A DNA stretch of 64,000 bases. Origin: Verrucomicrobiota bacterium. GTDB lineage: Bacteria; Chlamydiota; Chlamydiia; Chlamydiales; SM23-39. The first letter of the stretch is position 1; each line of letters opens with the position of its first letter. This document shows positions 15,848 to 26,065 of the stretch, piece by piece. Made by a program: the position numbers and the translations under genes. Below the pieces are notes generated by a model. It had not been told where the DNA came from. It saw only the letters and a list, made by a program, of their open reading frames with translations, and searched no databases. The stretch spans positions 1,394-65,393 of the forward strand of contig JAGWKO010000002.1 in assembly GCA_028873295.1 (NCBI GenBank), in the 5' to 3' direction.

Positions 15848-18592
15848 ATGAGAAGACTATTTTTTAGCCACCGGTTAGAACAACTCGCGATTTTTCTCGC
15901 CTCTCAAGTGGCTGGAAGGGACCCTAAAGTCAGTTTATTTACTCCACAGATTGTTCTTGTGCCTTCGGCAGCAATGAAGCAATGGCTTCTTCTCTCATGT
16001 GCAGATCAAAATGGGAGTGTTATTGGATGTGAAGTTTATACTTTACAGGAAGGACTTTCGCGTCTTTTTCCCAAACTTCCCTCTTTTGCGGAGTGTTTTT
16101 TTGCTCTCTTTGAAGCTCTTTCTTCTCTCTCTTTTCCTCTTGTTGCAAATTACGTGCAAACAGAAGAGCGCCGTGTGGAGCTCGCTTATGAACTTGCACA
16201 GATTCTTCTGCGCGCAAGACGGGAGCCTGGAATGGACCCTTGCCATTTAGAGGGATGGCAAGGAGATCTCTTTCGCAAAGTTTTTACTGAGCGACAGTGG
16301 AAGGACTATTCCTCTGCTCTCAAAGAGCCTTTGGATAAATCTATACCTATACACTGCTTTGGATTTCAGTTTCTTCCAGCAGCGCTTCTGGAGGGGCTCT
16401 TTTCCTTCGATGTTCTTTCGCTCTACCTTTTTTCTCCTTCGCTGCATTACCACGGGGATCTCTGCAGTGTGCGCGAAAAAGAAAAGCTTAAAAAGTATTG
16501 GCATGTAAGAGGGGCTACTGAAGCGACATGGCAAGAGCTTGAACATTATCTGAGTGATGCGCCGCAGCTTCTTGCCAATTGGGGGAAATTGGGGCGGGAA
16601 ATGTTGAAACTGCTCGAACGCTTCGAGTGGGATCTGGTAGAGGACTACCCTATCGAAGAGCCCTCTTCGCATTTACAGAGAGTGCAGGCTGCTATTCTTC
16701 ATTTCCAGGCGCACCCTTCTCCTTCAGAGAAAGATGCTTCGCTTGTCCTTCTTCCTGCCGGCTCTTCCCGTTTGAGTGAAATAGAAGCGCTACGCGAGAG
16801 AATAGGTCATCTTTTGGCAAAGAGGGATCTTTCTCCTCGGGAGATCCTTGTATTAAGCCCTGATATTCACCTGCATGCCCCCTTCATCGAAACGTTTTTT
16901 ATCGATCTCCCATATCGGATTTTTGGAGGAGACTCCATTGCTAAAACGTTTATTTACCGTGGAGTGCAAACTCTCATTCAGCTTGCTCATTGGAATCTGG
17001 AATCTCTTCTTTTGCTTCTGGAGAACCCCGCTTTTACAAAAAAGTGGGGGGAGCTGTCTGCTTTGCGAAGTTGGCTTTCTGAAAGGAGAGGCTGGGAGGA
17101 TGAACTGCTGGAAGAGCTGATCTTTCTTTTGCCAAAAAGGCAGGGGATGCCTGGTTCTTTTGCAGATGTGGAGGGATGGATCTCTCTTTTGCGCACTTTG
17201 CGCCGTGATCTTTCTTCCCTGAAAGATTGGAAAACACCTGCAGAGTGGGCATGTTGTCTTCAAGGTTTGATGGAGAAGCATCTTTTTGTCGATTCTGAGA
17301 AAGAGATGGAGGAAAGTGCGTGGCATTCTCTGCAGCGCTCCTTACAGCAATTACAGCATATCACTTCTGCTCCGGCGCCTCTTTCTCTTATAGAGGTATG
17401 GTTGAAGCGGCAATCGTTTTTCAAAGATATTCACGCTTCCCACTTGCATGCAATTACATTTGCTTCTTTGGACGAGGGCAATCTCTTACCGGCGCGACAT
17501 CTTTTTCTGATTGGGATGGATGAAGAGAGTTATCCGAGAAAAAAGAACTATTCTTCCATAGATCCTTTTCCCTCTTTTCAGATTGAGAGAGAGCGATCTC
17601 TTTTGCTTCAGGCTCTTTTTAGTGCGCGTGAATCGCTGCAGATTAGTTACACACACCTTACGCCTCATGAAGGAAAAAAGGTTTTCCCCTCATTTCTCCT
17701 TGAGGAACTCTTTCTCTATGCGCCTCCTCTGGAGGAGAGGCAAAAATTGCACAAGGATGGCATCCCCTTACCTCAATTTTCCTGGCCTATTGCTCCTGTT
17801 TCTCTGCTTCCTGAGGGAGAGGTGTCCGTTTCAATGACAGACTTACGCGCTTTGATGCGTCACCCCTGGGATTTTTATTTGAGAAAGGAGTGGGGGCTTG
17901 ATTTGCGAGAAGAGGAGGTCGATTCTTTTTCTTTGCAAAAGCATGCGGCGTGCAGAGAAGAGTGGAGGGGAAAAGAGGTGTCTGCTGAGGAGCTTGCTCC
18001 CGGCATTTGGGGAGAGGCGTTGAAAGAGGAGGTAAAAAAAAGAGTTGCTGCCTGGCGAGCTAAGACTGAGCTTGTTCCTGAACCTCTTGTGCTTCAGATG
18101 AAGAAGAATGCTCTTCGCGTGCAAGTGAGCGAAAAACTCGTCGTTTTTCTTACAGGAGAGATCCCCTTTTCTTCAGGAGGATTTCTGCATCTTGGCGAGG
18201 ACTCTTTCAGAGGGTTGCTTCGCTCCTTTCCTGATTGTCTGGTAGGGGCAAAAATGACAGGGTGCATGGATATTCACTGTTTAGAGACTGGACGGGTTAG
18301 AAGGCTCGAAGAGGTAGAGGGGGCTCTTTCCGCGCTTCTTGTCTACTATTTCTCTGCTCTTTCGGCCCCTTCTCCATTTCTTCTGGACTGGGCAGAAAAA
18401 ATTTTGCAGAAAGGAGAAATCCCAGAGAAAACGCCCTATTTTGACGATCCTGTTTTTCAATGGGTAGAAGGGCGCAAGCTTCTTCCGCCTCTTGACAAAT
18501 GGGCTTTTTCCTGGGCTTCTCTTTTGCAGCGCTCATTTGCCCCGCTTCTTAAACTTTATACCCAAGAGAAATCTGATGCTCCCTCCTTTTGA
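15848..18592 (+). CDS. recC: Exodeoxyribonuclease V gamma subunit RecC
   Basis: The N-terminus 'FFSHRLEQLAIFL...FTPQIVLVPSAAMKQWLLL' matches the pattern of E. coli RecC ('YHSNRLDVL...ILVQSTGMAQWL'). The gene lies immediately upstream of recB and recD. Confidence 0.75.
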   Translation: MRRLFFSHRLEQLAIFLASQVAGRDPKVSLFTPQIVLVPSAAMKQWLLLSCADQNGSVIGCEVYTLQEGLSRLFPKLPSFAECFFALFEALSSLSFPLVANYVQTEERRVELAYELAQILLRARREPGMDPCHLEGWQGDLFRKVFTERQWKDYSSALKEPLDKSIPIHCFGFQFLPAALLEGLFSFDVLSLYLFSPSLHYHGDLCSVREKEKLKKYWHVRGATEATWQELEHYLSDAPQLLANWGKLGREMLKLLERFEWDLVEDYPIEEPSSHLQRVQAAILHFQAHPSPSEKDASLVLLPAGSSRLSEIEALRERIGHLLAKRDLSPREILVLSPDIHLHAPFIETFFIDLPYRIFGGDSIAKTFIYRGVQTLIQLAHWNLESLLLLLENPAFTKKWGELSALRSWLSERRGWEDELLEELIFLLPKRQGMPGSFADVEGWISLLRTLRRDLSSLKDWKTPAEWACCLQGLMEKHLFVDSEKEMEESAWHSLQRSLQQLQHITSAPAPLSLIEVWLKRQSFFKDIHASHLHAITFASLDEGNLLPARHLFLIGMDEESYPRKKNYSSIDPFPSFQIERERSLLLQALFSARESLQISYTHLTPHEGKKVFPSFLLEELFLYAPPLEERQKLHKDGIPLPQFSWPIAPVSLLPEGEVSVSMTDLRALMRHPWDFYLRKEWGLDLREEEVDSFSLQKHAACREEWRGKEVSAEELAPGIWGEALKEEVKKRVAAWRAKTELVPEPLVLQMKKNALRVQVSEKLVVFLTGEIPFSSGGFLHLGEDSFRGLLRSFPDCLVGAKMTGCMDIHCLETGRVRRLEEVEGALSALLVYYFSALSAPSPFLLDWAEKILQKGEIPEKTPYFDDPVFQWVEGRKLLPPLDKWAFSWASLLQRSFAPLLKLYTQEKSDAPSF

Positions 18593-21542
18593 TGCTCTTT
18601 CGCGTCACTCTCCTCTTTTTGGCTCGCATCTTCTTGAGGCTTCGGCTGGTACCGGTAAAACTTTTGCAATGGAACAGGTTGTGGTGCGCCTTCTCCTGGA
18701 AGAGGTTTCTCTTGAAAAAATTCTGGCAATTACCTTTACCCGCTCGGCGGCAAGAGACCTTCGCTCGCGTATTCGTGCAGGAATCCAGAAAGTGCTCTTT
18801 TTTTTGGAAAATGGGGAGGCTCCCTGGGACTATTTGCAGCCATACATCGGAGAGAAGAAGGCTATCGCTCTGCTTCGAGACTCCCTTCTTCTCTTTGATC
18901 GTGCGCAAATCTTTACGATTCACGGCTTTTCCTATCGCATGCTGCAAGAGTACGCCTTGGAGGCCGGATTTTCCCTCTCCTTGCCCTATTCGGAAGAAAA
19001 GCCGCTTAGGAAAAAAGAGGAGATGCGCGCTTTTTTGGAAAAGGTAAGGCCAGAGATTTTAAACAGATATCAGGTGAAAATTCTTTTGGCTAGGTTCCCT
19101 TCCTGGGAAGAGTTGACGCAAGCGGTCGATCGCGCAGCTCCCTGCTCTTTTGCTCCTTTTTGTGAGTTGGAGGCTTCTTTTCGCGAGGCTATAGCGTCCT
19201 CTTCATTGGAAGGAGAGAAGTTATATGCAGATTTTACAAAGCTTGCTCCGAACTATAAAAAGAAGAAGGGGGATTTTTTTGTGCAGCTTTCTGCCCTTGC
19301 GCGCTCCGATTTTTCTCTCTTTTTATCAGAAGGCGGAACGCTTGCTTCTTTTTTGCATCCTTCCAATGAAAAAGTGAGAAAAACGCCTGTTTCTTTTCTT
19401 CATTATCCCTCTTTTTGGCCCTCTTTTGCAGAAAAAGTTTCTGATCTTGTTGTGGAGACTTTGGATCCACGCAAGATGCTGGCTCTTTTGCAACACTTTT
19501 GGCGCAGCGAGAAAAAAGAGCTTCATCCAGATCAGATCCTGCAAGAGATGGAGGACGCTTTAGAAAAAGAGTTATTCCGCACCAAGCTGGAGCAGAAATA
19601 CTCAGCCGTGATCATCGATGAGTTTCAGGATACCGATGCCGTGCAGTGGCGTATTGTAGAAAGACTTTTTCTCAAAAATCCCCTCAAGGCGCTCTATTTG
19701 GTCGGAGATCCAAAGCAGTCGATCTATCGCTTTCGCAATGCGGATCTCTCTACCTACTTTAAAGCTCGCGATTCCCTTGGGGAGGAGGCGCTCTTTTCCC
19801 TGAACACTAACTATCGCAGCTCTCCCCGGCTTATTGAGGGGCTCAATGCTCTTTTTGTAAGAGAGTGGCTCTCTTTGCCCGAACAGGGCCGCCTTCTTCC
19901 CTCCCCCCCTGTCAAGGCAGGTCTTTCTGTTTCTTTTGAAGACACCCGCGGAGCGATTCATTTTCTCACAGGAGCAACAGATGAGCTCTTTACACTCTAT
20001 GCAATCCAAGAGATGGAGCGCCTTGCTCTTCCCTGGCATTCCTATGCCATTCTTGTTAAAGATCGCTATCAGATGGAGACGGCATTACGGATTCTGCAGG
20101 CACATGGCATTGCTGTACGAGCAAAAAATCCTTTCCCTATAGGGAAAACACCTGCTTTTCTTGCCCTCTATGAATTCTTCGAGACCCTTGCCTTTCCTTC
20201 AGACTCAAAGCGAAAGAGAAGAGCCCTCTTTGGTCCTTTTGCCAACTTGCTTTCAGAAGGAATGGAAAAAGGATTAATCTTTCTCTGTCATAAATTATTG
20301 AAAGAGTTTCTCGTCGAGACTTGGGAAGAGGAGATGCGAAGGATTATTGAAGAACTTTTGCAGTGGGGAGCGAATCACCAGTTTTCTTTTGAGGGCATTT
20401 TGCGTTTTTTGCAAGAGTTGCAGCGCCGCAGTGCGGAAGAAGGGGGATTTTGCCCTGTTGATGCTGAAAAAGAGGGGGTCCAACTACTCACTATCCATAG
20501 TAGCAAGGGACTTGAATTTGACGTTGTTTTCCTGCTTGGAGCAGCCGCCAGACAAAGAGATGAGGACGCCGAGGCAAGAGCAGAGCAGCTTCGTCAGTTT
20601 TATGTCGGCATGACAAGAGCCAAATTGCGCCTCTATGTTCCTATTGATTCCCAGAGGAGAGATTCATTGATTCAACAATTCATCAGCATTGTCAGTCAGG
20701 AGGAGTCTTCTTTTCTCTCTTTTGTCTTACAAAAGGGAATGAGCTGGGAGGAGATCTCTACTGTTACTCCTGCTGTTTGGCAAGCAAAAGTTGTTGCAGA
20801 AAGCCAAAGTCCCCATTCGATTCCTGTTATTGCGCCTTCGTTTCTTCATTCGTTTACTTCATTAACATCCAGGGAATCCCCCTTGCCTTTTGTAGAGTTT
20901 TCTTGTGTTAAGGATCCCTCTTTTACTCCTCACACTCTTCCTCGAGGAATAGAAACAGGTCTTCTCCTTCATCGTATTTTGGAAAAACTTTTTTCTTCGC
21001 GAACGCCCGTTTGGAAAAACCGGGTAGCCTGGACAGCTCTTGTGGATGCAGAACTGCACTCCTCTCCGCTCTTGCCATGGAAAGAGGCGATTTATTTCAT
21101 GATTGAGAGGGCGCTCCATCTGCCTCTGGTAGACACATTTTCTTTGATACAACTTATGCCCTCCCAGGTACGCATAGAGTTGCCTTTCCTTTTCTCTTCT
21201 TCGCCCCACTATTTCACAGGATCCATCGATCTTCTCTTTCGACTTGAAAACAGGATCTATTTTGTCGATTGGAAGAGCAATTGGTTGGGGGAAAATGATG
21301 CCGCCTATCGCGATCTTGCTCCAGTCATGCAGGCTCACAACTATCCCCTACAGGCAAAGATCTATCAAGAGGCGCTGCAAATCTATCTTTCTTCCAGAAA
21401 ATCGGATGTAAAGCCGGCTTTACATCCGGCAAGTGATTCAAATCGTATTGGTTGCGGTGCAGCAGAGGAGTCTGGCTCGGATCTGGTCTACGGCGGTGCT
21501 TTTTATCTATTTTTACGAGGCGGTGCTCTATGTCGTCTATAA
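18576..21542 (+). CDS. recB: Exodeoxyribonuclease V beta subunit RecB (helicase-nuclease)
   Basis: 'LEASAGTGKTF' (Walker A), 'ITFTRSAARDLRSRI', 'VIIDEFQDTD', 'LVGDPKQSIYRFRNAD', 'TIHSSKGLEFDVVF' and nuclease motifs 'GSIDLLF...VDWKSNWLG...YLFLRGG'. The ATG at 18576 overlaps the end of recC. Confidence 0.9.
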   Translation: MLPPFDALSRHSPLFGSHLLEASAGTGKTFAMEQVVVRLLLEEVSLEKILAITFTRSAARDLRSRIRAGIQKVLFFLENGEAPWDYLQPYIGEKKAIALLRDSLLLFDRAQIFTIHGFSYRMLQEYALEAGFSLSLPYSEEKPLRKKEEMRAFLEKVRPEILNRYQVKILLARFPSWEELTQAVDRAAPCSFAPFCELEASFREAIASSSLEGEKLYADFTKLAPNYKKKKGDFFVQLSALARSDFSLFLSEGGTLASFLHPSNEKVRKTPVSFLHYPSFWPSFAEKVSDLVVETLDPRKMLALLQHFWRSEKKELHPDQILQEMEDALEKELFRTKLEQKYSAVIIDEFQDTDAVQWRIVERLFLKNPLKALYLVGDPKQSIYRFRNADLSTYFKARDSLGEEALFSLNTNYRSSPRLIEGLNALFVREWLSLPEQGRLLPSPPVKAGLSVSFEDTRGAIHFLTGATDELFTLYAIQEMERLALPWHSYAILVKDRYQMETALRILQAHGIAVRAKNPFPIGKTPAFLALYEFFETLAFPSDSKRKRRALFGPFANLLSEGMEKGLIFLCHKLLKEFLVETWEEEMRRIIEELLQWGANHQFSFEGILRFLQELQRRSAEEGGFCPVDAEKEGVQLLTIHSSKGLEFDVVFLLGAAARQRDEDAEARAEQLRQFYVGMTRAKLRLYVPIDSQRRDSLIQQFISIVSQEESSFLSFVLQKGMSWEEISTVTPAVWQAKVVAESQSPHSIPVIAPSFLHSFTSLTSRESPLPFVEFSCVKDPSFTPHTLPRGIETGLLLHRILEKLFSSRTPVWKNRVAWTALVDAELHSSPLLPWKEAIYFMIERALHLPLVDTFSLIQLMPSQVRIELPFLFSSSPHYFTGSIDLLFRLENRIYFVDWKSNWLGENDAAYRDLAPVMQAHNYPLQAKIYQEALQIYLSSRKSDVKPALHPASDSNRIGCGAAEESGSDLVYGGAFYLFLRGGALCRL
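21407..21424. repeat. 18-bp perfect palindrome TGTAAAGCCGGCTTTACA, copy 1 (inside recB)
   Basis: Exact 18-mer, extended here to a 26-bp perfect palindrome at 21403-21428. Read in frame as D-V-K-P-A-L-H. Confidence 0.95.
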
Positions 21543-23029
21543 TTCTTACAGAGCTGGATAACTTTTTTGCCGAAAAGTTGCTTGGAGCGGAGGCCTCCGA
21601 GGAGACAACGCTTTCTCTTGCTCGTCTCATGGCGATGAGTCGTCAGGGGCATCTCTGTGCCACTTTGAGCGACCTCTCCTTTCCTCCCCCCGCTTCTCTT
21701 CTTGAGGAGGGAACTCATCTTTTCCCTACCGCTCCTATTGTGTGGGATGCAGAGCGCTACTATCTTCAAAGAAACTGGGTTTATGAAACCTATCTTCTTC
21801 AAGAGACAAAGCGTTTGCGAGCGCAACCGCTTCCTTCCTGGATTGTGCGTTCACAATGGGAGGGAAAACTCTTGGATTCTGCTCTTTTGCCTGCGCAAAG
21901 AGAGGCGATTTGTTCTGCGCTTTCTCATAGTTTCTCGATTATTTGCGGAGGACCGGGAAGCGGGAAAACTTATACGGCAAGCCATTTAGTGACTTTGCTC
22001 GCTGCTTGTAAGGGACGTTCTTTGCGCGTTGCAATTGCAGCTCCCACTGGGAAAGCTGCCTTTCATCTGCATGCAGCGATTCAAAAGCGGTCTCCTGTGG
22101 GAATAGATGCGGAAGTGACGACATTGCATCGGCTGCTCCACCTTCAGCCTGGAGAGGAGCGGCTTTTTTCCCGTCGCATTCTTGATGCCGATCTTGTTCT
22201 TGTGGATGAAGCATCCCTTATCGATATCTCTTTGATGGCACATCTTTTTGAGTCGATTGGAGAGGAGACGCTTCTTGTTTTGATTGGGGATCCTAACCAG
22301 CTGCCTCCAGTAACCGGGGGCTCTCTTTTTTGTGCGATGGCTGAGCTTTTTGGCTCTTTTCTTGAACGCTCTCTTCGTGTCGAAGCAAAAGAAGTGGGAG
22401 AATTGATTTCCGCTGTACAGGAAGGAAACCTGCCTCTTTTTCTCTCTTATCCAAAACTCTATCCATTAGAGGAGCTGCCTCATCAGGAAATTTTTTTTGC
22501 AAATGATATTCCAGACCCCAAAGTTGCTTTGGACTTTTATGAGAGGCATCGTTTTCTCAGTGCGGTGCGACAGGGCCCCTATGGCGTTGACGAAATCAAT
22601 GCTTTTTTTTGGAAAAAAATTATTGCTACGAGGTCTGCCTGGGCGGTTCCCATTCTGGCAACGGCCAATGATCCCTGGAGAGGAATCTACAATGGAATGA
22701 ATGGTGTTCTGGTTGGGAAAGCTTCGGAGAGCGCCGTTGCCTGGTTCCCCGATCTCGCTACGGGAAAGCTTTCTCCATTTTCTCCGCCACCTCCTTATGA
22801 GCTTGCCTTTTGTCTTTCTGTGCACAAAAGTCAAGGGTGTGAATATGAAGAGGTGATCGCCTTTTTTCCTTCAGGCAGTGAGTTTTTCGGAAAGGAGGGA
22901 CTTTATACAGCAATTACTCGGGCAAAACGCAGCGTACAACTCTTTGGAGAGCCGGAAATTTTCGCCGAAATGCTAAAAAAGAGCGCCCGCGCAATTTCCG
23001 GATTTACAGACAGATTCAGACGCGGTTAG
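21530..23029 (+). CDS. recD: Exodeoxyribonuclease V alpha subunit RecD
   Basis: 'ICGGPGSGKTYT', 'LVLVDEASLID', 'LIGDPNQLPPV', 'SVHKSQGCEYEEV', 'YTAITRAK'. The ATG at 21530 overlaps the end of recB. Confidence 0.9.
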   Translation: MSSIILTELDNFFAEKLLGAEASEETTLSLARLMAMSRQGHLCATLSDLSFPPPASLLEEGTHLFPTAPIVWDAERYYLQRNWVYETYLLQETKRLRAQPLPSWIVRSQWEGKLLDSALLPAQREAICSALSHSFSIICGGPGSGKTYTASHLVTLLAACKGRSLRVAIAAPTGKAAFHLHAAIQKRSPVGIDAEVTTLHRLLHLQPGEERLFSRRILDADLVLVDEASLIDISLMAHLFESIGEETLLVLIGDPNQLPPVTGGSLFCAMAELFGSFLERSLRVEAKEVGELISAVQEGNLPLFLSYPKLYPLEELPHQEIFFANDIPDPKVALDFYERHRFLSAVRQGPYGVDEINAFFWKKIIATRSAWAVPILATANDPWRGIYNGMNGVLVGKASESAVAWFPDLATGKLSPFSPPPPYELAFCLSVHKSQGCEYEEVIAFFPSGSEFFGKEGLYTAITRAKRSVQLFGEPEIFAEMLKKSARAISGFTDRFRRG

Positions 23030-23328
23030 AGAGTTCCGGGGAGCGCGTTTTTCTTTTGGCACAGAAGAGTCATGCGAGACTTGGTTCTGGCACCTTTGCG
23101 AGGTTTAAAAATTCCTTTCTTTACACCCTTGTCTACCATGCTATAGAGAGAGTTGAGTTGCTCTTGGACAGAAGTGCTCTCTTCCTGTTTGGTAATAGAG
23201 GTTCTCAGACCGCGAATAGCGGTATTTACAGAAGCGCGAAAGGAACGATTTGTGGCTCGGCGGCGCTCACTTTGTAAGTTTCTTTTATGTGCAGAAGATT
23301 GTTTCACCGCTTTTTTTTGTTCAGCCAT
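23026..23328 (-). CDS. rpsT: 30S ribosomal protein S20
   Basis: 'MAEQKKAVKQSSAHKRNLQSERRRATNRSFRASVNTAIR...'. It is basic and about 100 aa long. The ATG at 23328 was chosen over the ORF extension to 23451. Its stop overlaps the recD stop (TTAG). Confidence 0.85.
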   Translation of the reverse strand: MAEQKKAVKQSSAHKRNLQSERRRATNRSFRASVNTAIRGLRTSITKQEESTSVQEQLNSLYSMVDKGVKKGIFKPRKGARTKSRMTLLCQKKNALPGTL

Positions 23329-23395
23329 ACCCTTTATTCTCCAAAAATTGGATTCCCATTCTACACACCTTTGGGGAATTCGTAAAGTCTCAAAC

Positions 23396-24280
23396 TTAGT
23401 TTTCTGGTCTGTCTGGCGGATATACGCCATGGCGTATGCTGAAATCATCAAACCATAGCCTGGCCGGGATGAGAAGAAATGTTTTTAAAAACCACCAGAG
23501 AAGGCTGGGAGGGCGGTTTTTTTTGGCGATTGCCAGCTCCTCCTTTCGCCAATAGGCAAGGGCGAGGGCGGTGGTTGGATAGCGCGTTGACTGTAGGGTT
23601 CGATAGAGCAGGTCGCCCTTGAAATAATAGATAGCTTCTTTTGCCCTTTTTGAGAGCTGTTCAGGAATTTCTGTAGGCCAGGGAATGGCAGGAATTTTTT
23701 TGGGAGAGAGGAGGTTGACTTTGCTAAAAAAACCCTTCCTCCATCTTCTCTTCTGGATCAGGATTTCGCACTGGTCGTAGATGATGCTGGGAAGAGCGCG
23801 CCGAAAGGAAAAGAAATAGGCTGTTTGTCCTCGCAAGAAGCTCTCTGCAGGGCGCAGCCAGCGTTTGTTGAAGAGTCGGTCGTCGAGAAGCCAGATAATC
23901 TCATACCCGAGCCTACGGTAATCGATAATCCTCTGTTCCGCATCTGCCGGCTGGATGAGTGAACATTGAATTTCAAAAATGATGCGCTTTTCTTCCCAAA
24001 GAAGATCGGCCACCCTTTGAATATCCAAAAAGGGCTGTTCTATGAGAACCTTGCCCTTGGGAAAGAGAGAGGAGAGTTGTAGTTGGAGCAGTTGATGATC
24101 CTCGGTTTTGCTATAGAGATGGCATGAACCTGGGCTTCGTATGTGATAGAAATGAGGGAAGCGGTGCAATCCTCGCCGTACTCGAACAAGAGCGCCGCAT
24201 CCCAAGCATCGATAGATCCTTCGGGGATTTGCATCCGGCGCAAAAAGAATTTTCTCCCCATCTGTGGCGTAGAGAGCCAT
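23396..24280 (-). CDS. Competence protein CoiA-like
   Basis: 'YRCLGCGALVRVRRGLHRFPHFYHIRSPGSC' (zinc-ribbon-like CxxC...HF.H...C) followed by nuclease-like 'ADLLWEEKRIIFEIQCSLI'. The ATG at 24280 was chosen over the extension to 24433. Confidence 0.7.
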   Translation of the reverse strand: MALYATDGEKILFAPDANPRRIYRCLGCGALVRVRRGLHRFPHFYHIRSPGSCHLYSKTEDHQLLQLQLSSLFPKGKVLIEQPFLDIQRVADLLWEEKRIIFEIQCSLIQPADAEQRIIDYRRLGYEIIWLLDDRLFNKRWLRPAESFLRGQTAYFFSFRRALPSIIYDQCEILIQKRRWRKGFFSKVNLLSPKKIPAIPWPTEIPEQLSKRAKEAIYYFKGDLLYRTLQSTRYPTTALALAYWRKEELAIAKKNRPPSLLWWFLKTFLLIPARLWFDDFSIRHGVYPPDRPEN

Positions 24281-24307
24281 TGCAATAATTCTGTAAAGAC
24301 ATATAAT
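24280..24307 (+). promoter_or_regulatory. Putative sigma-70-type promoter of rpoD
   Basis: TTGCAA (24280-24285), a 16-nt spacer, then TATAAT (24302-24307), about 38 nt upstream of the rpoD ATG. Confidence 0.35.
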
Positions 24308-24344
24308 TATCCGTAGAAGGACCTCTTTTTTCAAGTTTATCTTA

Positions 24345-26003
24345 ATGAGTACAGCCACCAATTTTGCAAGTCCACAGCACCAGCAGAAAATCGAAGAGCT
24401 GGTAGCTATCGCTAAGGAACAGGGATTCCTCACCTATGAGGAGATCAATGAAATCCTTCCGATGACCTTTGACTCTCCGGAGCAGATCGACCAGGTGTTG
24501 ATTTATCTGAGCGGTATGGACATTCAGGTTCTCAACCAATCAGAGGTTGAGAGGCAGAAGGAGAGAAAAAAAGAAGCTAAGGAGCTCGAGGGTCTTCCCA
24601 AAAAGACTGAGGGTACGGCGGATGATCCTGTTCGCATGTACTTGAAGGAGATGGGATCTGTTCCTCTTCTAACGCGCGAAGAGGAGGTGGAAATCTCGAA
24701 AAGGATCGAGAAGGCGCAGGTGCAGATTGAGAAGATCATTATGCGCTTTCGCTATTCGGTGCGAGAGGCGATTTCCATTATCGGTTACCTGATTTCCGGG
24801 AAAGATCGCTTCGATAAGTTGATTGCTGAGAAAGAGGTGGCGGATAAGGCTCATTATTTGCAGCTTTTACCAAAGCTTTGCGATTTAATGAGAAATGAAG
24901 ACCGCCTTTTAGAGAGTTACCTTCTGAAGAGTCACAAGCTCGATCTTTCAAAAGAAGAGAGGGCTCGTCTTTTAGAGGACTTGGAGAAGTGTCGCATTCG
25001 TTCCCAAGCTTACTTGCGCAGATTCTGCTGTCGACACAATATCACCGAAGATTTTGGTGAAGTGATTCTTACCGCTTACGATCGATTTTTGCATCTGGAG
25101 AGGGAGATTCAGGAGCTTACGCCTCGAGCTGAAAAGAACAAGTTTGCTGCGATGAAGCTGGCTGCCGCAAAGCGAAAGCTTGTTAAAAGAGAGTTGGCTG
25201 CTGGCCGCACGTTGGAGGAGTTCAAGAAAGATGTAAGAATGCTCCAGCGCTGGATGGACAAAAGCCAGGAAGCAAAGCGCGAAATGGTGGAATCAAACCT
25301 ACGTCTTGTCATCTCGATTGCGAAGAAATACACCAATCGCGGTCTTTCTTTTCTTGATCTTATTCAAGAAGGCAATATGGGGTTGATGAAGGCTGTGGAG
25401 AAGTTTGAGTATCGAAGAGGATACAAATTTTCCACCTATGCCACTTGGTGGATTCGCCAAGCGGTGACACGTGCTATTGCGGATCAGGCGCGTACAATTC
25501 GTATTCCTGTGCACATGATCGAAACGATCAATAAAGTGTTGCGGGGCGCCAAAAAACTGATGATGGAAACAGGAAGAGAGCCTACTCCTGAGGAATTGGC
25601 GCATGAATTGGGATTGACTCCTGAGCGCGTTCGCGAGATTTACAAGATTGCGCAACATCCGATCTCCTTGCAGGCAGAGGTGGGCGATGGTGGAGAGAGT
25701 CAGTTTGGCGATTTCCTCGAAGATACAGCCATTGAGTCCCCTGCTGAGGCAACGGGTTATGCTATCTTGAAAGACAAGATGGGGGAAGTTCTTTCCACTT
25801 TAACGGAGAGAGAGAGAACGGTGTTGATTGAGCGTTTCGGCCTGCTTGACGGGAAACCAAAAACGCTTGAAGAGGTGGGGGTTCGCTTTAAAGTTACAAG
25901 AGAACGTGTGCGTCAGATTGAGGCAAAAGCACTTCGCAAAATGCGTCACCCCACACGTGCAAAGCAGCTTCAAGCCTTTCTCGATCTTCTTGAAGGGGAT
26001 TAG
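24345..26003 (+). CDS. rpoD: Primary RNA polymerase sigma factor (sigma-66/RpoD)
   Basis: '[11 protein letters not shown]', '[74 protein letters not shown]', '[30 protein letters not shown]'. Confidence 0.97.
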   Translation: MSTATNFASPQHQQKIEELVAIAKEQGFLTYEEINEILPMTFDSPEQIDQVLIYLSGMDIQVLNQSEVERQKERKKEAKELEGLPKKTEGTADDPVRMYLKEMGSVPLLTREEEVEISKRIEKAQVQIEKIIMRFRYSVREAISIIGYLISGKDRFDKLIAEKEVADKAHYLQLLPKLCDLMRNEDRLLESYLLKSHKLDLSKEERARLLEDLEKCRIRSQAYLRRFCCRHNITEDFGEVILTAYDRFLHLEREIQELTPRAEKNKFAAMKLAAAKRKLVKRELAAGRTLEEFKKDVRMLQRWMDKSQEAKREMVESNLRLVISIAKKYTNRGLSFLDLIQEGNMGLMKAVEKFEYRRGYKFSTYATWWIRQAVTRAIADQARTIRIPVHMIETINKVLRGAKKLMMETGREPTPEELAHELGLTPERVREIYKIAQHPISLQAEVGDGGESQFGDFLEDTAIESPAEATGYAILKDKMGEVLSTLTERERTVLIERFGLLDGKPKTLEEVGVRFKVTRERVRQIEAKALRKMRHPTRAKQLQAFLDLLEGD

Positions 26004-26065
26004 TGCTCTGTCAACGTTAATTTCACGTCAGCCCAATCCGTAAAATTAATGTTGACAGAGCACTA
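26001..26065. repeat. Long inverted repeat starting at the rpoD stop codon
   Basis: TAGTGCTCTGTCAACGTTAATTT, a 19-nt loop, then AAATTAATGTTGACAGAGCACTA. The arms are 23 bp with one mismatch. Confidence 0.8.
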
